Shown piece by piece: positions 1 through 9,046 of a stretch of 64,000 nucleotides of DNA (its first letter is position 1; each line of letters begins with the position of its first letter). Both the position numbers and the translations under genes were made by a program. The stretch lies in NCBI GenBank assembly GCA_963733295.1, contig CAVTCS010000003.1, positions 160,001-224,000 of the forward strand, written 5' to 3'. Below the pieces are notes generated by a model. The model searched no databases, was not told the origin of the DNA, and saw only the letters and a program-made list of their open reading frames with translations. Source of the stretch: Vulcanimicrobiota bacterium. Lineage in GTDB: Bacteria > Vulcanimicrobiota > Vulcanimicrobiia > Vulcanimicrobiales > Vulcanimicrobiaceae.

Positions 1-1096
1 TCGTTTTCTCGGACCGAACCTGCGTGGAATCGTGAGCGGAACGGCGTTCGGCATCGTCGCGTCGGCTTGCTCGTACGGGGCTGCCGCCGCAGCACGCGGT
101 TTCTATCAAAAGGGCGCCGACGTTCGGGCGGTGTTCGCATTCCTGATCGCTTCGACGAACATGAACCTTGCGATCTTGATCCTCTTTTGGACGCTGATCG
201 GATGGAAGTTCGCCTTCGCAGAGTTCTTCGGCGGGATCGTCATCATCGCGGTCGTTTCCGCGGGCCTGAGCATCCTCGGTTCCGAGATGCTCCGCGCACC
301 GGCTGTGGAGCACGAGGCGGCAACCAGGCCGGCGCGCGTTACCGAGTGCCTTCAGTGCGGCATGAAGGGCTGGGACGAACACGCAGTCGAGCACGATGGC
401 TCGATTTTTCTTTTCTGCGGAGCTCGACACGAGAGCGAGTTCCGGGCCGATCCGAAGCGCGTGCTCGGTACCGTCGACGAACGAGCGGCCGCGCCCCCGC
501 GTGGAATCGCCGCCTTGCGGGAGCCGGCGACGTGGCGCGAAATCGTCGACGTAGCGCTCGGCGACGTCGCCATGCTGCGCGTGGAACTGATCGTCGGCTA
601 CTTCGTCGCGGGATTCGCGGCCGCGCTCGTTCCCTCGGAATGGATCGCGCGCGCATTGCACGCCGTCGGAAGCGTCCCGCTGGCGGGTTACCCGCTTCTC
701 TTGCTCACCGGTCTTGCGCTCGCGGCGGTTACGTTCATCTGTTCGATGGGTAATGTTCCGATCGCGCGCTTTCTCGCGACCGCCGGCATTCCGCTCGGCG
801 CGAACACGACGTTCATCTACGGGGACCTCTTGATTCCTCCGCTGCTAGGCATTTATCGCAAGTCGTTTCCACCGAGGGTCACTTGGGCTTTCGTGGGATT
901 GTTCGTGGCCGGCGCAATGCTGGCGGGTGCGCTGATGGATGCGCTCATCGGCGGAGTGTTCGGAGGCATCTCGCTCGGTTCGATGGAGCTTTCGGACCGG
1001 TTCACGCTCGTCGCGAACGTCCTCGCTTGTCTCGTGCTGATCGCGGTGGCATTCGCCGCGGGACGCGGGCGGACGCCGGCGGGCGCTCACGCGTGA
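1..1096 (+). CDS. Predicted permease (DUF318/ArsP-like) with internal YHS/TRASH-like metal-binding insert; 5' end lies outside the window
   Basis: Frame is open back to the window edge (RFLGPNLRGIVSG...). SACSYGA and FICSMGNVP motifs, many TM segments, and a soluble insert CLQCGM...FLFCG...EFRADP. Confidence 0.75.
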   Translation, partial: RFLGPNLRGIVSGTAFGIVASACSYGAAAAARGFYQKGADVRAVFAFLIASTNMNLAILILFWTLIGWKFAFAEFFGGIVIIAVVSAGLSILGSEMLRAPAVEHEAATRPARVTECLQCGMKGWDEHAVEHDGSIFLFCGARHESEFRADPKRVLGTVDERAAAPPRGIAALREPATWREIVDVALGDVAMLRVELIVGYFVAGFAAALVPSEWIARALHAVGSVPLAGYPLLLLTGLALAAVTFICSMGNVPIARFLATAGIPLGANTTFIYGDLLIPPLLGIYRKSFPPRVTWAFVGLFVAGAMLAGALMDALIGGVFGGISLGSMELSDRFTLVANVLACLVLIAVAFAAGRGRTPAGAHA

Positions 1097-1920
1097 GGCG
1101 ACGCCGTTTCGGGCGCAATGGTCCACTGGTGCCGGTCGTCGGTCAGGGAAGCTGGCCGGCGCCGGACGTCGCGGCGCTGCGCCGCGGGCTCGAACTGGGC
1201 ATGACGCACATCGACACTGCCGAGATGTACGGCGAGGGCCGCAGCGAGGAACTTGTGGGGGAAGCGATCGCCGGAGTCGACCGAGACTCGCTCTTCCTCG
1301 TCTCGAAGGTATACCCGCACAACGCCGACGCGCGCGGTATCGTACGCGCCTGCGAGCAGACGCTCAAGCGTATGCGACTCGACTATCTGGACTGCTATCT
1401 GCTGCATTGGCGCGCCGAAAACGACCTGGCCGCGACGATGGATGGCCTCGAGAAACTCGTCGAGACCGGGAAAGCGCGGATGCTGGGCGTCAGCAATCTC
1501 GATCCGTGGGATTTGCGCGAAGCGGCCGGCGCGCTACGAAACGAGCGCATCGCCTGCGATCAAGTCTTGTATAACCTCGACTCCCGGACCATCGAGGACA
1601 ACGAACTACCTTGGTGTCGAGAGTATGGTGCCGCGCTCGTCGCGTATACGCCCTTCGGGCAAGGCGGCATCCATCCGCGCTCGCCCCACCACAAGCCGCT
1701 CGCCGAGATTGCCGAGCGTCACGCCGTCACGGCGCATGCGGTCGCGCTCGCCTTCTTGCTGCGCGATCCCGATGTCTTCGTCATACCCAAAGCCAACAGC
1801 ATCGCGCACGTCGAGGAAAACGCAGCCGCCGGCGACCTCGAACTCACCCCCGATGAGATCGCGCAAATCGAGCGCACCTTTCCAAAGAAAAAACGCCGCG
1901 GCGCCCTACCGATGAACTGA
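1093..1920 (+). CDS. Aldo/keto reductase
   Basis: IDTAEMYG, LVSKV, YLLHW, GVSN and AYTPFG motifs. GTG at 1093 overlaps the upstream TGA (GTGA), so the start is moved from the ORF track's 883. Confidence 0.9.
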   Translation: MRRRRFGRNGPLVPVVGQGSWPAPDVAALRRGLELGMTHIDTAEMYGEGRSEELVGEAIAGVDRDSLFLVSKVYPHNADARGIVRACEQTLKRMRLDYLDCYLLHWRAENDLAATMDGLEKLVETGKARMLGVSNLDPWDLREAAGALRNERIACDQVLYNLDSRTIEDNELPWCREYGAALVAYTPFGQGGIHPRSPHHKPLAEIAERHAVTAHAVALAFLLRDPDVFVIPKANSIAHVEENAAAGDLELTPDEIAQIERTFPKKKRRGALPMN

Positions 1921-1934
1921 GTCGCTTCGTCTTA

Positions 1935-3002
1935 TCAGCGAGCGGTCGAGAGTTGGATGCCGGCGTAGAGTTCGCGCAGGCGCGGGCGCAGGAGGGCTTC
2001 GAGAGCTTGCGGTTCGGCGAGGAACGCGTCGTGGCCGTGGTTCGATTCGAGCTCCAGGTAGAGACTGTCGGCGCCCGCGGCAGCGAAGCGACGCGCCGCA
2101 GCCTGGACGTAGGCCGGTAAAAAGAGCCAATCGCTCGAAATGCCGACGAACGTCAGCCGCGGCATCTGCGCGTTCGTGACACGATCGAGCGTGTCGTGCA
2201 AGTCCATCGCGCGGGTGAGCGTGAGGTATGCGTCGGGATCCATGCGCGCCGAAAACAGCGCACCTTGGTAATCGAGGTACCCCTCGACATCGTATCGATC
2301 GCTCGCGTTCTTCGTTGGATCGCCGCCCTTCCGGTTGAATTTGCGGCCGTAGCGCTCGGCAAAAAGCGCCTCGCTCTTGTAGGTCAGCATCGCGATCTTG
2401 CGGGCCAGCTCGATGCCGGCCGTTCGATCGGCGGAAATCCGGATCGCTTCGCGCGCGACCGCGTTGAGCGCGATACCCATCGCCGAAAACGAATCGTACG
2501 CACCGATCACGAACGCGTGTCCGACGTTCCCAGGCGCTTGCAGCGCCCACTCGAGCGCCTGCATTCCTCCCAGCGATCCCCCCGCAACTGCCGCGAGCCG
2601 CGTGATGCCGAGTTTCGCGAGAGCTGCGCGCTGCGCGCGCACGATGTCGACGACGGAGACGAGCGGAAAGCGCGAACCGTACGGCCGGCTGTCGGGTGCC
2701 GCCGAGGGCGGACCGGTCGAGCCGTAGCAGCTACCGAGCGCGTTGACGCCGACGATGGCGAGAGCGTTCGTGTCGAAGAGTTTTCCCGGCCCGGCGAGAC
2801 CGCCCCACCAGTCGAGCACGCGACTCGAGCCCGTCAATGCGTGCGGGACCAGCACCACGTTCGACCCGTCACTGCGCGGCTCGCCGTAGACGGAAACCCG
2901 CTGGACGACGCCGGGCAAGGTGCCGCCGGATTCGAGCGCGAGCGATCCGACGAGGACGTCGCGCTCGAAATCCGGAGCCGGCGTGGTCGCCGTCGTGGTC
3001 AA
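1935..3002 (-). CDS. metX: Homoserine O-acetyltransferase
   Basis: [21 protein letters not shown] nucleophile elbow and HGHDAFL; operon with metY and hom. Confidence 0.92.
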   Translation of the reverse strand: MTTTATTPAPDFERDVLVGSLALESGGTLPGVVQRVSVYGEPRSDGSNVVLVPHALTGSSRVLDWWGGLAGPGKLFDTNALAIVGVNALGSCYGSTGPPSAAPDSRPYGSRFPLVSVVDIVRAQRAALAKLGITRLAAVAGGSLGGMQALEWALQAPGNVGHAFVIGAYDSFSAMGIALNAVAREAIRISADRTAGIELARKIAMLTYKSEALFAERYGRKFNRKGGDPTKNASDRYDVEGYLDYQGALFSARMDPDAYLTLTRAMDLHDTLDRVTNAQMPRLTFVGISSDWLFLPAYVQAAARRFAAAGADSLYLELESNHGHDAFLAEPQALEALLRPRLRELYAGIQLSTAR

Positions 3003-4324
3003 TGCACGCCGGCCGGTTCGCGTTGCGGGCTGTCGCCGCGCACCGCTTCGAGCGCCTGCTTGAGGTCGGCGATGATGTCGCGCACGTCTTCGATTCCGAC
3101 CGAGAGGCGCACGAGATCCTCCGTCACGCCGGCTTCGATTTGCTGGACCACGTTCAGCTGCTGATGCGTCGTCGTTGCCGGATGGATCACGAGCGACTTC
3201 GCGTCACCGACGTTCGCGAGTAGAGAGAAGAGCTTGAGATTGTTGATGAAGCTCTTGGCCGCCGGGGCGCCCCCCTTGATGCCGAACGCCAAAATCGCGC
3301 CGGCGCCGCCCTGCAAGTACTTCTGCGCGCGCTGGTACGAGTGGTGGTTGGGCAAACCCGGATACGAAACCCAGGTGACGTCGCGCTGCTCCGCCAGGAA
3401 CTCCGCAACCTTCAGCGCGTTCTGTGAGTGACGCTCCATGCGCAACCCGAGCGTTTCGAGTCCTTGCAGGAAGAGCCACGCGTTGAACGGCGAGAGTGCC
3501 GCGCCGAGGTCGCGCAAGAGTTGCACGCGGGCCTTGAGGATGTAAGCGAGGTTTCCGAACGACGCGACGTAACGCACGCCGTGATAGGACGCGTCCGGTT
3601 CGGTCAAGTCGGGAAAGCGCCCGGAGGCTTCCCAATCGAAGTTCCCTCCGTCGACGAGCAAGCCGCCGATCGAAGTTCCATGTCCCCCGATGAACTTCGT
3701 CGCCGAGTGAACCACGACGTTTGCGCCCCAGTCGAACGGCTTGACGAGGTACGGCGTCGCCAGCGTGTTGTCGACGATCAGTGGAAGCTTGTGGTCGCGC
3801 GCGACTTTGGAGACGGCCTCGAAGTCGAGGACGTCGACCTTGGGGTTTCCGATCGATTCCGCGAACAGCGCCTTCGTGTTGGGCCGCACCGCCGCCGCAA
3901 AGTTCTCGCCTTTCGAAGGATCGACCAGCGACACTTCGATGCCGAATTTCGGTAGCGTGTGGACGAACGCGTTGTAGGTGCCGCCGTAGAGCGAGGCCGA
4001 GCTGACGATGTGGTCTCCCGCGCGCGCCAGGTTCAGAATCGAGTAGATGGTGGCAGCCTGTCCGCTCGCGACCGCTAAAGCGCCCACGCCGCCCTCGAGC
4101 TGCGCGATGCGCTGTTCCAGCACGTCGCTCGTCGGGTTCATGATGCGCGTGTAGATGTTTCCGAACTCTTGCAGCGCAAAAAGTCTTCCGGCGTGGTCCG
4201 CGTCGTCGAAGCTGTACGAGGTGGTCTGGTAAATCGGAAGCGCGCGCGACTTCGTCGCGGGATCGCCGCTGAAGGCGCCGTGAAGCGCGGTCGTATCGGG
4301 GTGGAATCGACCGTTGTCGGACAT
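2999..4324 (-). CDS. metY: O-acetylhomoserine aminocarboxypropyltransferase (sulfhydrylase)
   Basis: [30 protein letters not shown] (PLP lysine), [19 protein letters not shown]. Confidence 0.95.
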   Translation of the reverse strand: MSDNGRFHPDTTALHGAFSGDPATKSRALPIYQTTSYSFDDADHAGRLFALQEFGNIYTRIMNPTSDVLEQRIAQLEGGVGALAVASGQAATIYSILNLARAGDHIVSSASLYGGTYNAFVHTLPKFGIEVSLVDPSKGENFAAAVRPNTKALFAESIGNPKVDVLDFEAVSKVARDHKLPLIVDNTLATPYLVKPFDWGANVVVHSATKFIGGHGTSIGGLLVDGGNFDWEASGRFPDLTEPDASYHGVRYVASFGNLAYILKARVQLLRDLGAALSPFNAWLFLQGLETLGLRMERHSQNALKVAEFLAEQRDVTWVSYPGLPNHHSYQRAQKYLQGGAGAILAFGIKGGAPAAKSFINNLKLFSLLANVGDAKSLVIHPATTTHQQLNVVQQIEAGVTEDLVRLSVGIEDVRDIIADLKQALEAVRGDSPQREPAGVH

Positions 4325-4333
4325 GAGTTGCTC

Positions 4334-5689
4334 CTATGCCGGCGTTGAGATAGCCGAGCGGACGGTGCTGGATTCGGAGGGAGAGACGGAGAGGGGGGCG
4401 TCTTCCCAGACCGGGATCGCGCTTTCAGCGCGCAATCCGTGGCCGGCGAGGATCGCCGCGATTTGCGTGGGTGCGTCGCCGCTGCGGCGAGAGGTGATGA
4501 CGGCGGGAATTCCGTCGAGCGGTTGAACTTCGAGCCCGGCTCGATCGAGCGCGAGTTTCGCGGGACGCGCGTCGCGCAGCGAAACGAGCCGCACGATATG
4601 GCGTAGCGCGATGCCTCGCTCGGTCTCGACCGGAACGGGTTGGAGCACGTCGTCGGCTTCGTCGATTCCGACGTGCCGGCCGGCCGCGATGCGGCGCAGC
4701 ACCGCAACGATGTCGCCGATCATGGCCGAGGCGGTTGGTGCGCTGCCCGCGCCGCTGCCGGTGAAGGTCAGCGAGCCCGAACTGCGACCGGTGACCCGGA
4801 TGCAGTTCTGTGCTCCCGAGCCCTGCGCGAACGCGTGACCCAGCGGTACGAAAGCCGGGGTGACGAGCGAGCCGCCACCGCGCGCGCAGGCGATCAGTTT
4901 CATCGTCATGCCCAAACGTTTCGCGAGCGAGAGATCGTCGGGCGTGAGCTTGGTGATTCCGCGCCGTGGAATCTGATGGGTGTGCAGCGCGCGCCGGAAC
5001 GCCAACTGGACGAGGATGGCAAGCTTGTGCGCCGCGTCGATTCCCTCGACGTCGGCGGCGGGATCGGCTTCCGCGAAGCCGAGGCGCTGAGCCTCACCCA
5101 ACGCTTTGGCGTAGGTCGATCCCGCGAACATCTCGCTGAGGATGAAATTCGTCGTGCCGTTGAGCACGCCGCCGACCTCGAGGATCTCCTCGCCGGCCAG
5201 CGAGGCGCCGAGCGTCCGGACGATAGGAATCGCGCCGCCGACCGCTGCTTCGCAAGCGATCGTCACGCCGTTCGCGCGCGCGAGGGCGCGTAGTTCGGGG
5301 CCGCGCGTCGCCATCAGATCCTTATTGGCAGTGACGACGTGCTTGCCGTGGGCGAGCGCGAGCTCGACCAGTTCCCGCGCGTCAGCGGTGCCCCCGATGC
5401 ACTCGATGACGACATCGATTTCCGGAGACTCGACCAGCGCCCGGCCGTGCTCGGTGAAGAGCGCCGGCGAAACATCGGCTCTGCGCGGTTTCGTGCGCGA
5501 GCGCACGGCGATCGCTTCGAGCTTCGGCGCGACGCCGCTGCGGGCGGCGATCGAGGAAGAGGCACCGAGGAGGAGCGACGCGACACCGGATCCGACCGTT
5601 CCGCAGCCCAGGAGTGCCAGGCGTACGGTGTCGCGATCGGGGTCGGTGCGTTCCGCGTGCGCTGGTTGAGTGAGCGACAAGCGTGACAC
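4334..5689 (-). CDS. hom: Homoserine dehydrogenase
   Basis: GCGTVG, VVTANK, EAAVGGAIP, LNGTTNFIL, GFAEADP motifs. Confidence 0.93.
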   Translation of the reverse strand: MSRLSLTQPAHAERTDPDRDTVRLALLGCGTVGSGVASLLLGASSSIAARSGVAPKLEAIAVRSRTKPRRADVSPALFTEHGRALVESPEIDVVIECIGGTADARELVELALAHGKHVVTANKDLMATRGPELRALARANGVTIACEAAVGGAIPIVRTLGASLAGEEILEVGGVLNGTTNFILSEMFAGSTYAKALGEAQRLGFAEADPAADVEGIDAAHKLAILVQLAFRRALHTHQIPRRGITKLTPDDLSLAKRLGMTMKLIACARGGGSLVTPAFVPLGHAFAQGSGAQNCIRVTGRSSGSLTFTGSGAGSAPTASAMIGDIVAVLRRIAAGRHVGIDEADDVLQPVPVETERGIALRHIVRLVSLRDARPAKLALDRAGLEVQPLDGIPAVITSRRSGDAPTQIAAILAGHGLRAESAIPVWEDAPLSVSPSESSTVRSAISTPA

Positions 5690-5714
5690 CTAGAGACTGC
5701 AGTTAAGTCCGCCC

Positions 5715-5744
5715 ACTATACCGAACCCCGCGCCGGTGCGTCAA
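5715..5744 (-). promoter_or_regulatory. Sigma70-type promoter of the hom-metY-metX operon
   Basis: Minus strand reads TTGACG-N18-TATAGT; the -10 box ends about 25 nt before the hom start. Confidence 0.6.
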
Positions 5745-5914
5745 GCACGGTCGGTCTTGCGCCTCGCCTCGGGAGGCGCGCTTCATGTCAGCGGTGCTCG
5801 TGCCGGCTGTGCCTGGCGCTGGCAGCCGCATGGCGACGCTCATGCGCCGGGAGCCCCCTTTGCGGTGACCGGCAGGCCGTCCGGGGGGCGCTCTCTGCTT
5901 TCGGACCTTGGAAG

Positions 5915-7921
5915 ATGGGTTTGAGCGCGCCGCGCCGCTACCGTTTCGCGCTGACGCTGGTGCTGGCGCTCGGTCTCGTCGCTTCGCTTCTCGTCGCCAC
6001 CTTACGCGTGCGCAAGGAACTCGGCGCGCGCCGCGTCGAGATCGCGATGGACTACACCGATTTCAACGCGCTCGCGCAATCCTACGGATACGACGAAGCC
6101 CAGCTGCTCGTCGCGCTGCGGCGCGCCGGACTCACCTCGCTCGCGGTTTCCGAGGAACTCGGAGCGGCCGTCGATTCGGGAACCGACGCGCTCCTGCTCT
6201 CGGGAGCCCAACTCATCTCGCAAGCCCGGCTCGCGCCGCTCGGTGAGCCGACGCTCGCCGCGCTGGCGAAGTCCGGAAAGCTCGATGCGCGCGATCTTTA
6301 CCTGATCGTCTACAACCCTTCGGCCCTGCCGCGCTACCGCCGCGCGATCGCGATGAACCTCGGCCCGCACGCGTTGCGCACGCTGCGCGCGGCGGACCCT
6401 ACCATCTTCGCCTTTCGCTCGCAGCTCGATTACTTCAACACGCTTGGCCTCGGCTTGCCGGTGCACCCGCTCGCGCTGGCCGGGCGTCTCGGTTTGCTCG
6501 TAGTGCCGCGCGTGCAGAACGACGAGCGCTTCGGTCAACCGCAGATCGACGAGATTTTCTCCAGCTTCAATGCCGGCGGAAAGCCGACGACCGTCGTCTT
6601 CTCAGGCCAGCGCAACGAGGTGCTGGGTTTCCCCGACCACCTCGAGGACACGGCCGACGCTTTTCGCCAGAGCGGCCTTAACTTCGGCACGATCGAGATC
6701 TACGATAAAACTCAGCTCCAAAAGGGAAACGATGGTCTGGCCGCGCTGATCCCCGACCAGACCGTTCGCGTGCAGGCGATCTCGAAGACCGAGCTCGATA
6801 AGCTCGACTTCGAAACGGTCGTCGCCCGCTATCTGCTCGGCGTTCGCGAGCGCAACGTGCGCGTGGTCTACCTGCGACCCTTCCCGCATCCCTACAACGG
6901 CATGTCGCCCGAGGGAACGAACGTCGAGCTGGTGCGGCAGATCGCGCAAGGGCTCCACGCGCGAGGTTTCAAGCTCGGCCGCGCGACCGCCGTGCAGCCA
7001 ATCCCGGGCGGCCCGCTGCTGATCGTCCTTGCTTCGCTGGCGGTTCCCGCGATCTTCATGCTGCTGCTCGAAGCCTTCGGCGTTCGGCGGCCACGGCTCG
7101 TGTACGTCGTCGTGGCTGCCGACCTCGCGTTGCTTGCGCTCGGCTACGTCAGTCACCACGAGCTGCTCGCCCGTAAGCTCCTCGCCCTTGCGGGCGGAAT
7201 CATGTTCGCAGTCATGGGCGTCGTCGCGATCCCGCGTTCGTTCACGTCGCCGGCGCCAAGCGACCTGCGGGCTTCGCTCCTGGCGGGTCTACGTACCGTT
7301 TGCGTCGCGACGTTCTTCGCGCTCTGCGGCGCGCTCGTCGTCGTCGGCCTCGTCAGCGTCCCCTTGCTCATGGAGGAGATCGATCATTTCACCGGGGTCA
7401 AACTCGTCCTGACCCTGCCGCCCATCATCGCGTTCGCGCTCTACATCTATACACGGCGTTTTGGAAACGAGCCGCCGAGCCCGCGCGCTAGCGCCGAAGC
7501 GCCGGTCCGGGTCTACCAGATCCTCGCGCTCCTCGTGCTGGCCGCCGGAGCGATCGTCTACGTCGTGCGCAGCGGCAACCAGAGCGATATAACGCCTTCG
7601 TCCTTCGAGCTTGCGCTGCGCTCGAATCTCACCGCGCTGCTCGGCGTGCGTCCGCGCTTCAAGGAGTTCGCGGTCGGCTTCCCGCTGATGATGCTGCTTC
7701 CGGCCTTGCAGCTCGCCCACCGGAAAGCGCTCGGATGGCTCTTCGCGCTCGGCATCGCCGTCGGGACCGCCGACATCGTGGACACGTTCTGTCACCTCCA
7801 CACGCCGCTGCTCGTTTCGCTCTTGCGCGTCTTCAACGGCGCGGTCATCGGCATCATCCTCGGGGCGATCGCGGTCATCGCGTACCGCTCGATTTGGAAA
7901 GTTCGCGAGAAGGGGGCCTAA
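5915..7921 (+). CDS. DUF5693-like membrane protein
   Basis: N-terminal TM, large soluble domain with ERNVRVVYLRP, multi-TM C-terminus with RPRFKEF and TFCHLHTP; directly upstream of csaB, as is typical for this family. Confidence 0.75.
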   Translation: MGLSAPRRYRFALTLVLALGLVASLLVATLRVRKELGARRVEIAMDYTDFNALAQSYGYDEAQLLVALRRAGLTSLAVSEELGAAVDSGTDALLLSGAQLISQARLAPLGEPTLAALAKSGKLDARDLYLIVYNPSALPRYRRAIAMNLGPHALRTLRAADPTIFAFRSQLDYFNTLGLGLPVHPLALAGRLGLLVVPRVQNDERFGQPQIDEIFSSFNAGGKPTTVVFSGQRNEVLGFPDHLEDTADAFRQSGLNFGTIEIYDKTQLQKGNDGLAALIPDQTVRVQAISKTELDKLDFETVVARYLLGVRERNVRVVYLRPFPHPYNGMSPEGTNVELVRQIAQGLHARGFKLGRATAVQPIPGGPLLIVLASLAVPAIFMLLLEAFGVRRPRLVYVVVAADLALLALGYVSHHELLARKLLALAGGIMFAVMGVVAIPRSFTSPAPSDLRASLLAGLRTVCVATFFALCGALVVVGLVSVPLLMEEIDHFTGVKLVLTLPPIIAFALYIYTRRFGNEPPSPRASAEAPVRVYQILALLVLAAGAIVYVVRSGNQSDITPSSFELALRSNLTALLGVRPRFKEFAVGFPLMMLLPALQLAHRKALGWLFALGIAVGTADIVDTFCHLHTPLLVSLLRVFNGAVIGIILGAIAVIAYRSIWKVREKGA

Positions 7922-7930
7922 CCGCAGCCT

Positions 7931-9046
7931 TTGCGCTTTCTCATCAGCGGATACTACGGCTTTGCGAACCTCGGCGACGAGGCGCTGCTCGCGATCATCG
8001 TCGCGCAACTGAAGTCTCGCTATCCGTTTGCGGAAATCGACGTTTTGTCGGCGCAACCTGACGCGACCGCCCACGAGCTAGGCGTCGAGGCGACTCCGCG
8101 CTGGGAGCAGAGTGCGATCCGGCGCGCGGTCGACCGGGCCGACATCGTGCTTTCTGGCGGCGGCGGCTTGCTGCAGAACGCGACGAGCTTAAAGAGCCTG
8201 ATCTACTACGCCGGAATCATCCGGACCGCGATTCACGCGCGCCGGAAGACGATGGTGTTCGCGCAGTCCGTCGGCCCACTCGACTTCTGGGGAAAGCAGA
8301 CCGTCCGGGAATGTTGTCGCGGGTTGAGCGCGGCGACCGTGCGCGACGAGATCTCGCGCGAGCTCTTCGTTCCGCTCGTGCCGGGGACCAGCGTCGAACG
8401 GACCGCCGATCCGGTATTCCTGTACGATCCGCCCGACGGCGAACAGAGCGTTCCGGAAGGACTCGGGGCGGAAAGCGATCCGCTCGTCGTCGTTTGCGTG
8501 CGCAAGACGGCGAACTGGAACGACGGAATCGCCGCGTTGGCCGCCGCAGTCGACGAGCTGGCGGAGCGGCACGGTGCGCGCACGGCGTTCATTCCGTTCG
8601 GTGGCCTCGCCGACGCCGAGGCCGCGACCATGGTCATTCGGAAGTGCCGCTCGCGTCCGATGCTCGTTCCGCTCGAGGGAATCGACGCCGTCGCGGCCGC
8701 GCTGTCGCGCGCCAAACTCGTCATCGGCGTACGCCTGCACGCCTTGATCCTTGCGATTCGATTCGGCGTTCCATTTCTGGCCGTACCTTACGATCCGAAA
8801 GTGCGCGGCCTGTGCGAAGACATTGGCTATCCACTCGCACCGCTCTGGACTCCCGGTGCGCGTTCCACGCCGCAACAGGCCGCCGAGCTGGCGGCTGAGG
8901 CTTGGTCGCGACGGACGCAACTCGCCGCGCTCCTGCGTGATGCCGCCCTGCAGATGCGGGTGAAGGCCGAGCGCAACTTCGAGGTTCTCGCCACGCTCGC
9001 GGGACGGCCCCAAGTACGGCGCGAACCGTTCGGATTCGATGTCTAA
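7931..9046 (+). CDS. csaB: Polysaccharide pyruvyl transferase CsaB
   Basis: ISGYYGFANLGDEA, SGGGGLLQ, TVRD, GVRLHALI, YDPKV. Confidence 0.9.
   Translation: MRFLISGYYGFANLGDEALLAIIVAQLKSRYPFAEIDVLSAQPDATAHELGVEATPRWEQSAIRRAVDRADIVLSGGGGLLQNATSLKSLIYYAGIIRTAIHARRKTMVFAQSVGPLDFWGKQTVRECCRGLSAATVRDEISRELFVPLVPGTSVERTADPVFLYDPPDGEQSVPEGLGAESDPLVVVCVRKTANWNDGIAALAAAVDELAERHGARTAFIPFGGLADAEAATMVIRKCRSRPMLVPLEGIDAVAAALSRAKLVIGVRLHALILAIRFGVPFLAVPYDPKVRGLCEDIGYPLAPLWTPGARSTPQQAAELAAEAWSRRTQLAALLRDAALQMRVKAERNFEVLATLAGRPQVRREPFGFDV

Noticed and set aside
5690..5914. SAM riboswitch ahead of hom-metY-metX
   Set aside because: No SAM-I/II core sequences recognised, and the predicted promoter leaves only about 20 nt of leader.
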